From NCBI GenBank assembly GCA_034665245.1, contig JAXDGC010000237.1, forward strand, positions 1 to 60,679: a stretch of DNA of 60,679 bases. Reading direction: 5' to 3'. The notes under the pieces were generated by a model, which searched no databases, was not told the origin of the DNA, and worked only from the letters and a program-made list of their open reading frames with translations. The position numbers and the translations under genes were made by a program. Origin of the DNA: Solirubrobacteraceae bacterium (GTDB taxonomy: Bacteria; Actinomycetota; Thermoleophilia; Solirubrobacterales; Solirubrobacteraceae). Below are positions 1 to 12,034 of this stretch, piece by piece; the stretch's first letter is position 1; every line of letters starts with the position of its first letter.

Positions 1-122
<122 letters not shown>

Positions 123-134
123 GCGTCCCCGAGT

Positions 135-245
135 GCCGTAGGATGCCGCGCAGGGCGGCGGTGGCGGGCACCGTCGGGCGGCATCTTCCTGGTCCAACGG
201 GGCTCGCGCTGGGCCGGTCCAATCTCCTTCAGGAGTTCTCTGTCG
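135..245 (+). promoter_or_regulatory. conserved upstream leader/promoter shared with the paralog at 3063; GGTCCAA boxes at 191-197 and 216-222
   Basis: About 110 nt upstream of ATG 246 aligns at roughly 75% by eye with 2935-3062 (gccgta...ggtggcgggYaccRYcg...GGTCCAACGGG.CTCGCGYTGGGCYGGTCCAA...caggagttc...cgatgaat). GGAG lies 11 nt upstream of the ATG. Confidence 0.45.
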
Positions 246-1985
246 ATGAATGTTCCGAGCGTGCGCTTCCGCGTGCCTTTCTTCGTCCTCGCCGCTGCGG
301 TGCTCGTCGTCCTCGCGGCCCCCGGCTCGGCGATGGCCGGCAAGCGCTTCGTGGCTCCGTCGGGCTCGGACTCCGCGACCTGCACCTCGTCTACGCCGTG
401 TCGCTCACTCGATCGTGCGTATCGCCTCGCCGCCCCTGGCCAGACCGTCGAGCTCGCCGGTGGCACGTACGCGGACACCAGCCTCCCCGTCGACGCGACG
501 AAGAGCGCCACGAAGGACGTCGTGTTCGTGCCCGCCGCGGGCGCCGCGCCCAGATTCTCAGGCCCGCTGCACATCGGGGCTCGTCACGTCGAGCTGCGCG
601 GGCTGCAGGTCCAGGGCACGGTGACGATCGACGAGACCGCTCAGAACGTCACTCTGCGCGGGAGCACGATGAAGAACTTCCAGGTGTTCTCAAGCGGTTC
701 ACAGGCGCCACGCAACATCTCGTTCATCGGTGGCAGCGCGGGCCCCTCCGTGGACGACAACAACCGCATCGCATCGAACGGGACATCGACGACGGCGTCG
801 CCGACGAACATCCTGATCGACGGCATGCGGATCCATGACTTCACGCTCAGCCCGGGCTCCCCCGCGCACGTGGAATGCCTGCAGGTCTGGGCGGTGGACG
901 GCTTGACGATCCGCAACAGCACCTTCCGCAACTGCGAGGTGTTCGACGTCTTCCTGCAGAAGCTGCCGGACGGCGCGGCGGTCACTCCGACCAACATCCT
1001 GATCGAGAACAACTTCATGCAGTGCTGCGGCAGCGGCTACTACGCCATCCGGCTCGCCGATCATCCCGGCACGCATTGGACGAACGTGACGATCAGGAAC
1101 AACTCCTTCGACAAGGAGATCAACCCCGACGGAGGAGTTCCGTACACGAACGTCAAGATCGTCGGGAACATCGGTCCGAGGCTCGGCTTCTTCACGGGGG
1201 CAACAGGACGCGAATCGCCGATGCCCGCCGGGATCAGCGTCGACTACAACGTGTGGTACTCGGGCGCAAAGGTCGGGCCTCGGGACAGGGTGGCGCCGAG
1301 CGGCTACACGAACGCGGCCGCGGGCGACCTGCACCTGAAGGCTGGCGCGGCGGCGATCGACAGCGGCCATCCCACCGACCACCCGGGCGGCGACATCGAC
1401 GGCGAGACGCGCCCATTCGGCTCGGCGCCCGATGCCGGCGCGGACGAGTGGACGCCGGGAGGCCCGCCGTCCGCTCCGACCGTTCCGCCGCCGGCCGCCG
1501 ATCCTTTCCTGGGCTCGGGTGTGGGCGTGTTCGGCGCGGCCGCGGATGCTTCGATCCGCCGCGCCCACCCGCGGAGCAACTACGGCCGCTCCAAGCGGCT
1601 GCGAGCAGGCGCGAGGCCGAGGGAGGGCTTCCTTCTGAAGTTCGCGGTCTCCGGGGTCGCCAACCGGAAGGTGAAGCGCGCGACGCTGCGCCTGTACGTG
1701 GCCGACGGCTCCTCGAGCGGCGGAATCTTGCGTCGCGTCTCCAGTCGCTGGAGGGAGTCGCGCGTGACCTGGCGCAGCGCGCCCGCCCTTGTCGGCGCGA
1801 GCCGTGTTGTGCGGAAGCGCAGGGTAAAGCGAGGCCGGTACGTGGAGTTCGACGTCTCCCGGATCGTGACCAAGGACGGCATTTACAGCGTGCGCGTCTC
1901 GTCTCGCGCCCGCGACCGGGTCGCGTACAACGCCCGGGACGCAAAGCGGCACCGGCCGCAGCTCCGGGTCACGCTCGACGGCTGA
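246..1985 (+). CDS. secreted right-handed beta-helix protein (DUF1565/pectate-lyase fold, 'B-type' domain) with C-terminal DNRLRE-like beta-sandwich domain
   Basis: - Signal peptide: MNVPSVRFRVPFFVLAAAVLVVLAAPGSAMA.
- N-terminal motif PSGSDSATCTSSTPCRSLDRAYRLAAPGQTVELAGGTY, typical of DUF1565-type beta-helices.
- Repeated NxxIxxN coils.
- C-terminal [14 protein letters not shown] motif.
- Tail SNYGRSKRLRA...LLKFAVSG...ATLRLYV...WRESRVTWRSAP matches the DNRLRE-domain pattern. Confidence 0.85.
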   Translation: MNVPSVRFRVPFFVLAAAVLVVLAAPGSAMAGKRFVAPSGSDSATCTSSTPCRSLDRAYRLAAPGQTVELAGGTYADTSLPVDATKSATKDVVFVPAAGAAPRFSGPLHIGARHVELRGLQVQGTVTIDETAQNVTLRGSTMKNFQVFSSGSQAPRNISFIGGSAGPSVDDNNRIASNGTSTTASPTNILIDGMRIHDFTLSPGSPAHVECLQVWAVDGLTIRNSTFRNCEVFDVFLQKLPDGAAVTPTNILIENNFMQCCGSGYYAIRLADHPGTHWTNVTIRNNSFDKEINPDGGVPYTNVKIVGNIGPRLGFFTGATGRESPMPAGISVDYNVWYSGAKVGPRDRVAPSGYTNAAAGDLHLKAGAAAIDSGHPTDHPGGDIDGETRPFGSAPDAGADEWTPGGPPSAPTVPPPAADPFLGSGVGVFGAAADASIRRAHPRSNYGRSKRLRAGARPREGFLLKFAVSGVANRKVKRATLRLYVADGSSSGGILRRVSSRWRESRVTWRSAPALVGASRVVRKRRVKRGRYVEFDVSRIVTKDGIYSVRVSSRARDRVAYNARDAKRHRPQLRVTLDG

Positions 1986-1995
1986 CGCCGCCAGG

Positions 1996-2685
1996 TCAGC
2001 CCTCTTCGGCCGTCGCCTCGTGCGGCGCGCCGACCGGCTTGGACTGCGACGAGCCGCGCTGGCGCAGGTAGACGCTGAAGATCGCCATGCTGCCGACGGC
2101 GAGGAACTCCGACTGCCAGTTCTGCAGCGTCGCCTCCCAGAAGTCCGCGGTGCTGATGTAGCCGAGCCAGTTCACGGTGGGCTGCAGGTGCTGGATCTGA
2201 TCCGCGTTGTAGACGCTCCAGCCCGTCACCGACTGGCCGAACCAGGAGCCGAGCCAGATCACGCCCATCACGATCAGGAGCGAGTTGGACAGCAGCCACA
2301 GCCGCAGCCCCTTGGTCTTCGCCCACTTCGGGGAGGCGTCCGTCGCGTACTGCCCGACCTTCTGCTCCTCGTCGGACTCCGTGCCCACCGAGTCGAGCTT
2401 CTTGGACTCGGTCGATCCCTGCTGGACGAGCCACACGCCGGTCAGGATGAAGATCGTGAACTGCAGGTACTCCGACTGCCAGTTCTCCATCACCGCCTGG
2501 CCGAACGACGACGACGTGACGTAGCGCCACAGCGTCAGCGTCTCCGGCGTCTGGTGCAGGAGCTTGGCGTGCGCCACCTCCTCGTCGTTGTAGAGCGCGT
2601 GGCCGGCGATCGCCTGCGCGACGAGCACGACGAGGAACAACCCGAGGAAGAACAGCGACAGCCCGTTGTTGCGCACAGAACGCAC
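1996..2685 (-). CDS. DUF6766-like integral membrane protein
   Basis: 229-aa ORF with a GTG start and a hydrophobic N-terminus (LSLFFLGLFLVVLVAQAIAG). NWQSEYLQF and NWQSEFLAV motifs each precede a TM segment, as I recall for DUF6766. GC3 is high. Confidence 0.7.
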   Translation of the reverse strand: MRSVRNNGLSLFFLGLFLVVLVAQAIAGHALYNDEEVAHAKLLHQTPETLTLWRYVTSSSFGQAVMENWQSEYLQFTIFILTGVWLVQQGSTESKKLDSVGTESDEEQKVGQYATDASPKWAKTKGLRLWLLSNSLLIVMGVIWLGSWFGQSVTGWSVYNADQIQHLQPTVNWLGYISTADFWEATLQNWQSEFLAVGSMAIFSVYLRQRGSSQSKPVGAPHEATAEEG

Positions 2686-2691
2686 GGGCGC

Positions 2692-2775
2692 TCAGTGGTG
2701 CGTGAGTCCGATGACTGTGAACGTCACGAGCCCGGCCGCGATCACGACGATGTAGATGACGAACATGGCGCGCAT
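2692..2775 (-). CDS. candidate 27-aa hydrophobic micro-protein (MRAMFVIYIVVIAAGLVTFTVIGLTHH)
   Basis: ATG at 2775 and TGA at 2692-2694, ending 6 nt upstream of the DUF6766-like gene start. It is a single predicted TM helix with about 25 of 27 codons ending in G/C. No SD is seen, so it may be leaderless. It is too short for the ORF track. Confidence 0.35.
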   Translation of the reverse strand: MRAMFVIYIVVIAAGLVTFTVIGLTHH

Positions 2776-2934
2776 CGGTTGGCGCGCAAGCTACCCGCGC
2801 GGGCGCGCGCACAACCGCGCGGTCACGGCGGCGCTCGTATGTACGTCCAGGATGGTTGGACGCCCTCGCTTCATCCGCATCGGCGCCGATAGGTCGGGCG
2901 TGACTGAGTTCACCCGATGTGGGTACCAAGCAGG

Positions 2935-3062
2935 GCCGTAAGGGCAGGGCAGGGCAGGGCAGGCTACGGCAGGGCGGTTGGTGGCGGGTACCACCGACGA
3001 CATCTCTCCGGTCCAACGGGCTCGCGTTGGGCTGGTCCAAATACGCCCAGGAGTTCCGTCCG
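2935..3062 (+). promoter_or_regulatory. conserved upstream leader/promoter (paralog of 135-245); GGTCCAA boxes at 3010-3016 and 3034-3040
   Basis: Aligns with 135-245. It carries an extra (GGGCA)n insertion relative to copy 1. GGAG lies 9-10 nt upstream of ATG 3063. Confidence 0.45.
2942..2961 (+). repeat. (GGGCA)4 pentanucleotide microsatellite forming a G3N2 x4 G-tract run
   Basis: agGGCAGGGCAGGGCAGGGCAggc. Further GGG tracts lie at 2933-2935 and 2972-2974. The homologous position in the 135-245 leader has no repeat. Confidence 0.8.
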
Positions 3063-6464
<3,402 letters not shown>

Positions 6465-6482
6465 AGCCGCCCGCTTCGCCGG

Positions 6483-6506
6483 TCCCGAGGCCGCGAGGCC
6501 TCGGGA
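6483..6506 (+). terminator. GC-rich hairpin 19 nt downstream of the stop codon (candidate intrinsic terminator without U-tract)
   Basis: TCCCGAGGCC-gcga-GGCCTCGGGA is a perfect 10-bp stem with a 4-nt loop. A smaller GAAGC-cgccc-GCTTC hairpin lies at 6464-6478. Confidence 0.5.
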
Positions 6507-6619
6507 TCGGTCGGCTGCTCGCGCCTCCTCGCGTCCGGCGCAGATCACTCGATAAAGGAGCCGCGCGAGAGTTCGGCCGCCCGCACCGTATGTCCCGTGA
6601 ACCGCGACGAAGGACGGAC

Positions 6620-7684
6620 ATGCCGGAACGGCGGCCACGCCTCATTTCAATCATCGGTGCTCGCCCGGAGATCATCCAGGCGGCGCCAGTCTCAGCGGCG
6701 CTGGCGCCTCTCGCCGACGAGATCCTTGTGCACACGGGCCAGCACTACGACGACCGCATGTCCGAGGCGCAGATCCTCGACACGGCGCTGCCCCGTCCCC
6801 GCTACAACCTCGGCGTCGGCTCACGCGGGCGCGAGGAGCAGGTGGAGCTCGCCCAGGCGCGACTCGCCGCCGTGATCGCCGAGGAGCGCCCGGACGCCAT
6901 CGTCGTGCGGGGCGACACGAACGCGACGCTCTCGGGCGCCCGCGCCGCGATCGCCGCAGGCCTTCCGCTGATGCACATCGAGGCCGGCCTGCGGTCGTGG
7001 CGCGAGGACATGCCCGAGGAGGGAAACCGCGTCGAGACCGACCGGCTCGCCGACGTCCTCTTCGCGCCGGGCGAGGGAGCACGCCGCAACCTCGAGGCCG
7101 AGGGCGTCCGTGGGACCGTCCACGTCACGGGCGACCCGCTCTGCGACATGCTCGAGTCCTGGCGGGACCGCATCGTCCCGGCGCCGGGCGAGTACCTGCT
7201 CGCGACCGTCCATCGCAACTACAACACCGACGACGCGGCGCGCCTGGCCACGGTGTTGGCCTGCCTCGGCCGCTCCCCGTGGGCGGTCGTGTTCCCCGTA
7301 CACCCGCGCACCCGCGCGAAGATCGCCGAGTGGGGCCTTGAGGTGCCGGCCAACGTCGAGCTGGTCGAGCCGGTTCCCTACACGCACATGCTGGCGCTGG
7401 AGCGGGGCGCGCAGGCGATCGCGACCGACTCCGGCGGGGTCCAGCGCGAGGCCTACCTCTGGGGCGTGCGCTGCGTGACGCTGCGCGAGGAGACGGAGTG
7501 GACCGACACGGTCGACGCCGGCTGGAACCACGTCGTCGGCATCGACCCCGACCGCTTCGCGGACGCCCTGGCGGTGCCGCTGCCGGACGAGCGCCCGCCG
7601 GTCTTCGGAGATGGGACGGCAGCACGGCGTATCGCCGCGCTGGCCGTCGAGGAGCTGTCCAAGGTTGTGGAGGAGGTTCTGTGA
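6620..7684 (+). CDS. wecB: UDP-N-acetylglucosamine 2-epimerase (non-hydrolysing), WecB/WbpI-type
   Basis: Motifs: MPERRPRLISIIGARPEIIQAAPV...HTGQHYD...DSGGVQREA. ATG 6620 is preferred over 6590 because GAAGGA lies 5 nt upstream. Confidence 0.9.
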   Translation: MPERRPRLISIIGARPEIIQAAPVSAALAPLADEILVHTGQHYDDRMSEAQILDTALPRPRYNLGVGSRGREEQVELAQARLAAVIAEERPDAIVVRGDTNATLSGARAAIAAGLPLMHIEAGLRSWREDMPEEGNRVETDRLADVLFAPGEGARRNLEAEGVRGTVHVTGDPLCDMLESWRDRIVPAPGEYLLATVHRNYNTDDAARLATVLACLGRSPWAVVFPVHPRTRAKIAEWGLEVPANVELVEPVPYTHMLALERGAQAIATDSGGVQREAYLWGVRCVTLREETEWTDTVDAGWNHVVGIDPDRFADALAVPLPDERPPVFGDGTAARRIAALAVEELSKVVEEVL

Positions 7685-8727
7685 GCCGCGCTGAGCTGAG
7701 GGTCGGTCTGATCGGGGTCGGGCAAATGGGCGGCTTCCACCTCGAGACGTGGGAGAAGATCCCGGCCGGCCGCGTCGTCGCGGTGGCCGATCCCTCCGAG
7801 ACGATGGCGCGCGGCCGCATCGGCCGCCGCCCCATCGACTGGCACGCCGACTGGCGCGCCCTGCTGGAGCGGTCGGACATCGACGCCGTCTGCATCGCGG
7901 CGCCGTCCGAGATGCACGCGCACATCGGCCTCGCCGCGCTGGACGCGCGCAAACACGTCATGGTTGAGAAGCCGATCGCCACGCGCCTGGAGGACGGGCT
8001 GCGCATGGCCGCGACCGCGCGCCGCGTCGGGCGCAAGCTGATGGTGGGCCACGTCGAGCGCTTCAACCCCGCGGTCGGCAAGCTCCAGTCCCTCATCGAC
8101 GAAGGCCGGATCGGCCGCGTCTTCCGGGCACACGCCACACGCGTCGGACCGCTGCCCGCCCGCATCCGCGATGCCGGCGTCACGATCGACCTCGCCACAC
8201 ACGACCTCGACATCATGCAGTTCGTCCTGGGGCGCGACATCACCCGGGTGTACGCCGAGGGCACCCGCTTCTCGCACCCGACGCAGGAGGACATGATCTC
8301 CTGCCTGCTGCGCTTCGGCGACGACGGCCCGTTCGGGCTGCTCGACGTCAACTGGCTGACGCCCGAGAAGAAGCGCGAGCTGACCGTCATCGGCGAGGGC
8401 GGAATGCTGAGCGCGTCGTACATCACCCAGGACGTCTGGTTCACGGAGTCGACCGAGGCCTCCACCGGCTGGGAGGAGCTCGCGCGGGTCCGGGGCGACG
8501 CCGAGGGCGCCGCAGTGCGCTTCGCCCTGCGCAAGGTCGAGCCGCTGCGCGCAGAGCTCGAGGCCTTCGCCGACTGCATCCTGGACGACACGCCTGAGCC
8601 CGTGACCGCCTACGAGGGCTGCCGCGCGCTGATCGCGGCGCTCGCCGTGCGCGACTCGGCCTTCCACTCGCGCCCGATCACCCTGCTCGGCATGCCGAAC
8701 GCCCCGACCCTGACGCTCGCCGCCTGA
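7681..8727 (+). CDS. Gfo/Idh/MocA-family NAD(P)-dependent sugar oxidoreductase
   Basis: GTG 7681 overlaps the wecB stop (GTGA), with a strong SD GGAGGAGG 4 nt upstream. Motifs include LRVGLIGVGQMGGFH (Rossmann fold) and VMVEKPIA (the EKP motif). Confidence 0.85.
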   Translation: MSRAELRVGLIGVGQMGGFHLETWEKIPAGRVVAVADPSETMARGRIGRRPIDWHADWRALLERSDIDAVCIAAPSEMHAHIGLAALDARKHVMVEKPIATRLEDGLRMAATARRVGRKLMVGHVERFNPAVGKLQSLIDEGRIGRVFRAHATRVGPLPARIRDAGVTIDLATHDLDIMQFVLGRDITRVYAEGTRFSHPTQEDMISCLLRFGDDGPFGLLDVNWLTPEKKRELTVIGEGGMLSASYITQDVWFTESTEASTGWEELARVRGDAEGAAVRFALRKVEPLRAELEAFADCILDDTPEPVTAYEGCRALIAALAVRDSAFHSRPITLLGMPNAPTLTLAA

Positions 8728-8746
8728 CCCTGGAGAAAGACAGACC

Positions 8747-9571
8747 ATGATCCGATTCGTCATCCCCGCCTACAACGAGGCCGAGAACATCCCTCGGCTC
8801 CTCGAGGACCTCGCGCCGCGAGCACGTGAGCTCGGGGCGCGCGTGATCTTCGTCGACGACGGGTCGACGGACGGCACCAGCGAGGCGATCATGGCCCACC
8901 GCCAGGACCTCCACCTCGCGATCGTGCGGCACGAGGTCAACCGCGGCCTCGGCACCGCGATCAACTCCGGCCTGCGCGCCGCGCTCGGCGAAGCCCAGGA
9001 CGACGACGCGATCGTGACGCTCGAGTCCGACAACACATCCGACCTCGACGACCTCCCGCGCATGCTCGAGCGCTTCGCCGAGGGCAATGACGTCGTGCTC
9101 GCCTCGGTCTACGCGCCGGGTGGACAGATCATCGGCGTGGCCCCGTGGCGGCTCGCGGCCTCGAAGGCGGTCTCGAACACGTTCCGCCACCTCGGCGGGC
9201 TCCAGGAGCTGCACACGCTGTCCTCCCTGTACCGCGTCTACCGCGCCGGAACGCTCCGGCGCGCCGCCGAGACCTACGGCTACCTGCTGGTGCGCGAGCC
9301 CGGCTTCGCCGCCAACGTCGAGTTGCTGCTCAAACTCTTCAACTCCGGCGCGACGGTGGCCGAGGTGCCGACCGTCAACGACTGGAGCCGGCGCGCCGGC
9401 GTCTCCAAGATGAACCTCAAGCCGACCGTTCTCGCCTACGGGCGCCTGATGGCCGCGCACCTCGTCGGCCGCATCCAGCCGCCGCCGATCTCGCCGCTGT
9501 CCACGGAGCACATCGAGACGGCCGTCACCGCTCCGCCCTCGCCGGTCGCCGAGCTGGAGCGCGCGGCGTGA
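8747..9571 (+). CDS. GT2 polyprenol-phosphate glycosyltransferase (DPM1/Ppm1/GtrB/ArnC-like)
   Basis: Motifs: MIRFVIPAYNEAENIPRLL...VIFVDDGSTDGT...ESDNTSDLDDLPRML...GNDVVLASVY...GVSKMN. Its soluble ~270-aa size is typical of the lipid-phosphate sugar transferase subgroup. Confidence 0.8.
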   Translation: MIRFVIPAYNEAENIPRLLEDLAPRARELGARVIFVDDGSTDGTSEAIMAHRQDLHLAIVRHEVNRGLGTAINSGLRAALGEAQDDDAIVTLESDNTSDLDDLPRMLERFAEGNDVVLASVYAPGGQIIGVAPWRLAASKAVSNTFRHLGGLQELHTLSSLYRVYRAGTLRRAAETYGYLLVREPGFAANVELLLKLFNSGATVAEVPTVNDWSRRAGVSKMNLKPTVLAYGRLMAAHLVGRIQPPPISPLSTEHIETAVTAPPSPVAELERAA

Positions 9572-10932
9572 GCCCGGCCCCTCGCGTCGGGATCGTCGGC
9601 GGCGGTGTCATGGGGACGACGCTGGCGCTGCGACTCGCCCAGGCCGGAGCCGACGTCACGCTGCTCGAGCGCGGGCCCTCGCTCGGAGGGCTCGCCGGAG
9701 CGATGGAGCTCAACGGCCACCGGGTCGACCGCTTCTACCACGTGGTGGTGCCCTCCGACGAGCGCATGCTCGCGCTCGCCGACGAGGTGGGGCTCACGGA
9801 CGAGGTGTCCTTCAGCCCGGTCGGCGTCGGCTTCTACGTCGACGGGAAGATGTACCCGTTCAACGGCCTCGGCGACTTCGCGCGCTTCCCGCCGCTGTCG
9901 CCGCTCGGCCGCGCGCGCCTCGCGTGGTTCGTCCTGCAGTGCCAGCTGCGGCGCGACTACTCGGCGCTCGAGAAGATGCCGCTCGAGCGCTGGCTCCGGC
10001 GCCACTGCGGCCGCCGCGTGTTCGAGCGCATCTGGCGCCCGCTCCTGAACTCCCGCTTCGACTCTCGCCACGACGAGCTGCCCGCCACGTACCTGTGGGC
10101 GCGCACCAACCGGATGCGCAGCGCGCGGACCTCGCGTGGCGCAGGGGAGACGATGGGCTGCGTCCGCGGCGGCCACGAACGGCTGATCGAGGCGATCGGC
10201 GACCGCGCTCGCTCGCTCGGCGTCGACATCCGCCTCGGCGCCGGCGTCGAGGGTCTCGTGCTCGGCAGCGACGGAGCCGTCAAGGGCGTGCAGGTCGACG
10301 GCCGGGCGGAGACGTTCGACCTCACGATCTCGACGCTGCAGCCGCCGGCGCTGCGCCGGCTCCTGCCCGAGCCGCTTCAACCTCTACTCGAGCCTTACCC
10401 CAAGCGCTTCCTCGGGGTGGTCTGCCTGGTGATGGAGGTGAAGGAGTCGCTGCTGCCCTACTACTCGGTCAACATCTGCGACCCGACGCCGATCACCACG
10501 GTGGTCGAGACGTCGCATGTCGTCGGTACGGAGCACACCGGCGGCAATCGCTTGGTCTACCTGCCCAAGTACTGCGAGGCGTCCGCGCCCGAGTTCAGCG
10601 AGGACGACCAGTTGGTGTATGACCGCTTCACCGAGATGCTCGGCAAGCTCGCGCCCGGCTTCCGGCACGAGGACGTGGTGGCCTGGACCGTCCAGCGCGC
10701 CCCGCTGGTCGAGCCGGTCCATGCGCGCGGCGTCGAGTCGCGCGTCGCGCCCGTGTGGCCCGACGTCGACGGGCTCGCCCTCGCGTCTGCCAGCCAGGTC
10801 TACCCGCGGCTCCTCAACGGCGACTCGATCGTGCGCATGGCCGAGGCCACGGCGGTCGAGGCCGTCGAGCGCCTGCGGCTGAACACCGACTCCCTCGGAT
10901 CCGCACCCGCGCCGCTCGCGGCTGCCGCGTGA
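9568..10932 (+). CDS. FAD/NAD(P)-binding oxidoreductase (amine-oxidase/phytoene-desaturase/HemY-like fold)
   Basis: GTG 9568 overlaps the GT2 stop (GTGA). The dinucleotide-binding motif is RVGIVGGGVMGTTLALRLAQAGADVTLLERGPSLGG. The N-terminal part of ORF 9145-10932 overlaps the GT2 gene in another frame and was trimmed. Confidence 0.8.
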   Translation: MSPAPRVGIVGGGVMGTTLALRLAQAGADVTLLERGPSLGGLAGAMELNGHRVDRFYHVVVPSDERMLALADEVGLTDEVSFSPVGVGFYVDGKMYPFNGLGDFARFPPLSPLGRARLAWFVLQCQLRRDYSALEKMPLERWLRRHCGRRVFERIWRPLLNSRFDSRHDELPATYLWARTNRMRSARTSRGAGETMGCVRGGHERLIEAIGDRARSLGVDIRLGAGVEGLVLGSDGAVKGVQVDGRAETFDLTISTLQPPALRRLLPEPLQPLLEPYPKRFLGVVCLVMEVKESLLPYYSVNICDPTPITTVVETSHVVGTEHTGGNRLVYLPKYCEASAPEFSEDDQLVYDRFTEMLGKLAPGFRHEDVVAWTVQRAPLVEPVHARGVESRVAPVWPDVDGLALASASQVYPRLLNGDSIVRMAEATAVEAVERLRLNTDSLGSAPAPLAAAA

Positions 10933-10938
10933 GCTGAC

Positions 10939-12009
10939 ATGCCAGTGAAGGCCGTCGTGCTCGCGCAACCGCCGGAGGCGGGGGCCAAGACCCCGCTGAA
11001 CCGCATGCGACCGGGGGAGCTGCTCCCGGTCGCCAACCGGCCGATCCTGTTCCACGGGCTGGAGACGATGGCCGCGGCCGGGATCCGCGACGTGGCGATC
11101 GTCGTGACGCCGCAGACCGAGGGACCGATCCGCGAAGCCGTCGGCCACGGCGCGAGCTGGGGGCTCGACGTCAGCTACCTCGCCGCCAAGCGGTCGCGCG
11201 GGCTCGCCGGCCTCCTGCTCGAGGCCGAGGACTTCCTCGACGGCCAGCCGTTCATCCTCCAGCAGGGCAGCGGGCTGCTGCAGGACGAGCTCGGCCCGCT
11301 GGTGGGAAGCCTCCAGGACGACGCGCCCGACGCGCTCCTCCTGGTCCACCGCTGTCAGGGCGGCCGGCCCACACCGCCGGCACGCCGGCGCGATCGCGCG
11401 CTGCTCGCCCTGGCGGGCGGCCTGGCGCCCGGCCCGGGCATGGCCGTGGCGGGCGTCCAGCTCTTCGGGCGCGAGTTCATGGCGCGCGCGAGAGCACGGT
11501 TGAGCGCGCACCGCGACGACCAGCAGGTCGGCGGGCTCACCGACGACCTGCGTCGCGACGGGGCGCGTGTCGAGGTCCGGCTCGTCGAAGGCTGGCGGCG
11601 CTACGAGGGCGACCTGCACGACCTGCTGGAGCTCAACCGCATGCTGCTCGACCGGCTGCCCGGCGAACACAAGGAGGTCGGCCCGAGGACGCGGGTCGAG
11701 GGCCGCGTGTCGATCCATCCCTCGGCGCACGTCGAGGGGACCACGATTCGCGGCCCGGCGATCATCGGCGCGGAGGCCCGCGTGGTCGACTCCTTCATCG
11801 GGCCCTACACCGCGATCGGCGAGTGCGCCCAGATCGAGGGATCCGAGATCGAGCACTCGATCGTGCTCTCGGGTGCGGCGATCCTGCACATCGGCGGCCG
11901 CCTCGAGGGCAGCGTGGTCGGGCGCGGCGCGCGGGTGGTAAGGGACTTCTCCGTGCCGCGTGGCCTGCGGCTCCACGTCGGCGATGACGCGCGTGTGATC
12001 TTGCGATGA
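10939..12009 (+). CDS. sugar-1-phosphate nucleotidyltransferase, long form with C-terminal left-handed beta-helix (RmlA-like 355-aa type)
   Basis: The N-terminal nucleotidyltransferase fold (KAVVLA...LLPVANRPILFHGLETMAAAGIRDVAIVV) is followed by hexapeptide repeats (VEGRVSIHPSAHVEGTTIRGPAIIGAEARVVDSFIGPYTAIG...). Confidence 0.8.
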   Translation: MPVKAVVLAQPPEAGAKTPLNRMRPGELLPVANRPILFHGLETMAAAGIRDVAIVVTPQTEGPIREAVGHGASWGLDVSYLAAKRSRGLAGLLLEAEDFLDGQPFILQQGSGLLQDELGPLVGSLQDDAPDALLLVHRCQGGRPTPPARRRDRALLALAGGLAPGPGMAVAGVQLFGREFMARARARLSAHRDDQQVGGLTDDLRRDGARVEVRLVEGWRRYEGDLHDLLELNRMLLDRLPGEHKEVGPRTRVEGRVSIHPSAHVEGTTIRGPAIIGAEARVVDSFIGPYTAIGECAQIEGSEIEHSIVLSGAAILHIGGRLEGSVVGRGARVVRDFSVPRGLRLHVGDDARVILR

Positions 12010-12034
12010 AAGAAACACGACGCCCCATCCGTAA

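Noticed and set aside
135-245. The conserved leaders (135-245, 2935-3062) and the 46504-46617 hairpins were considered as known riboswitches (c-di-GMP-I/II, ydaO/c-di-AMP, ykkC/guanidine).
   Set aside because: None of the consensus cores I can recall for these classes is present. Without a covariance-model search I cannot assign them, so they are reported only as unclassified conserved elements.
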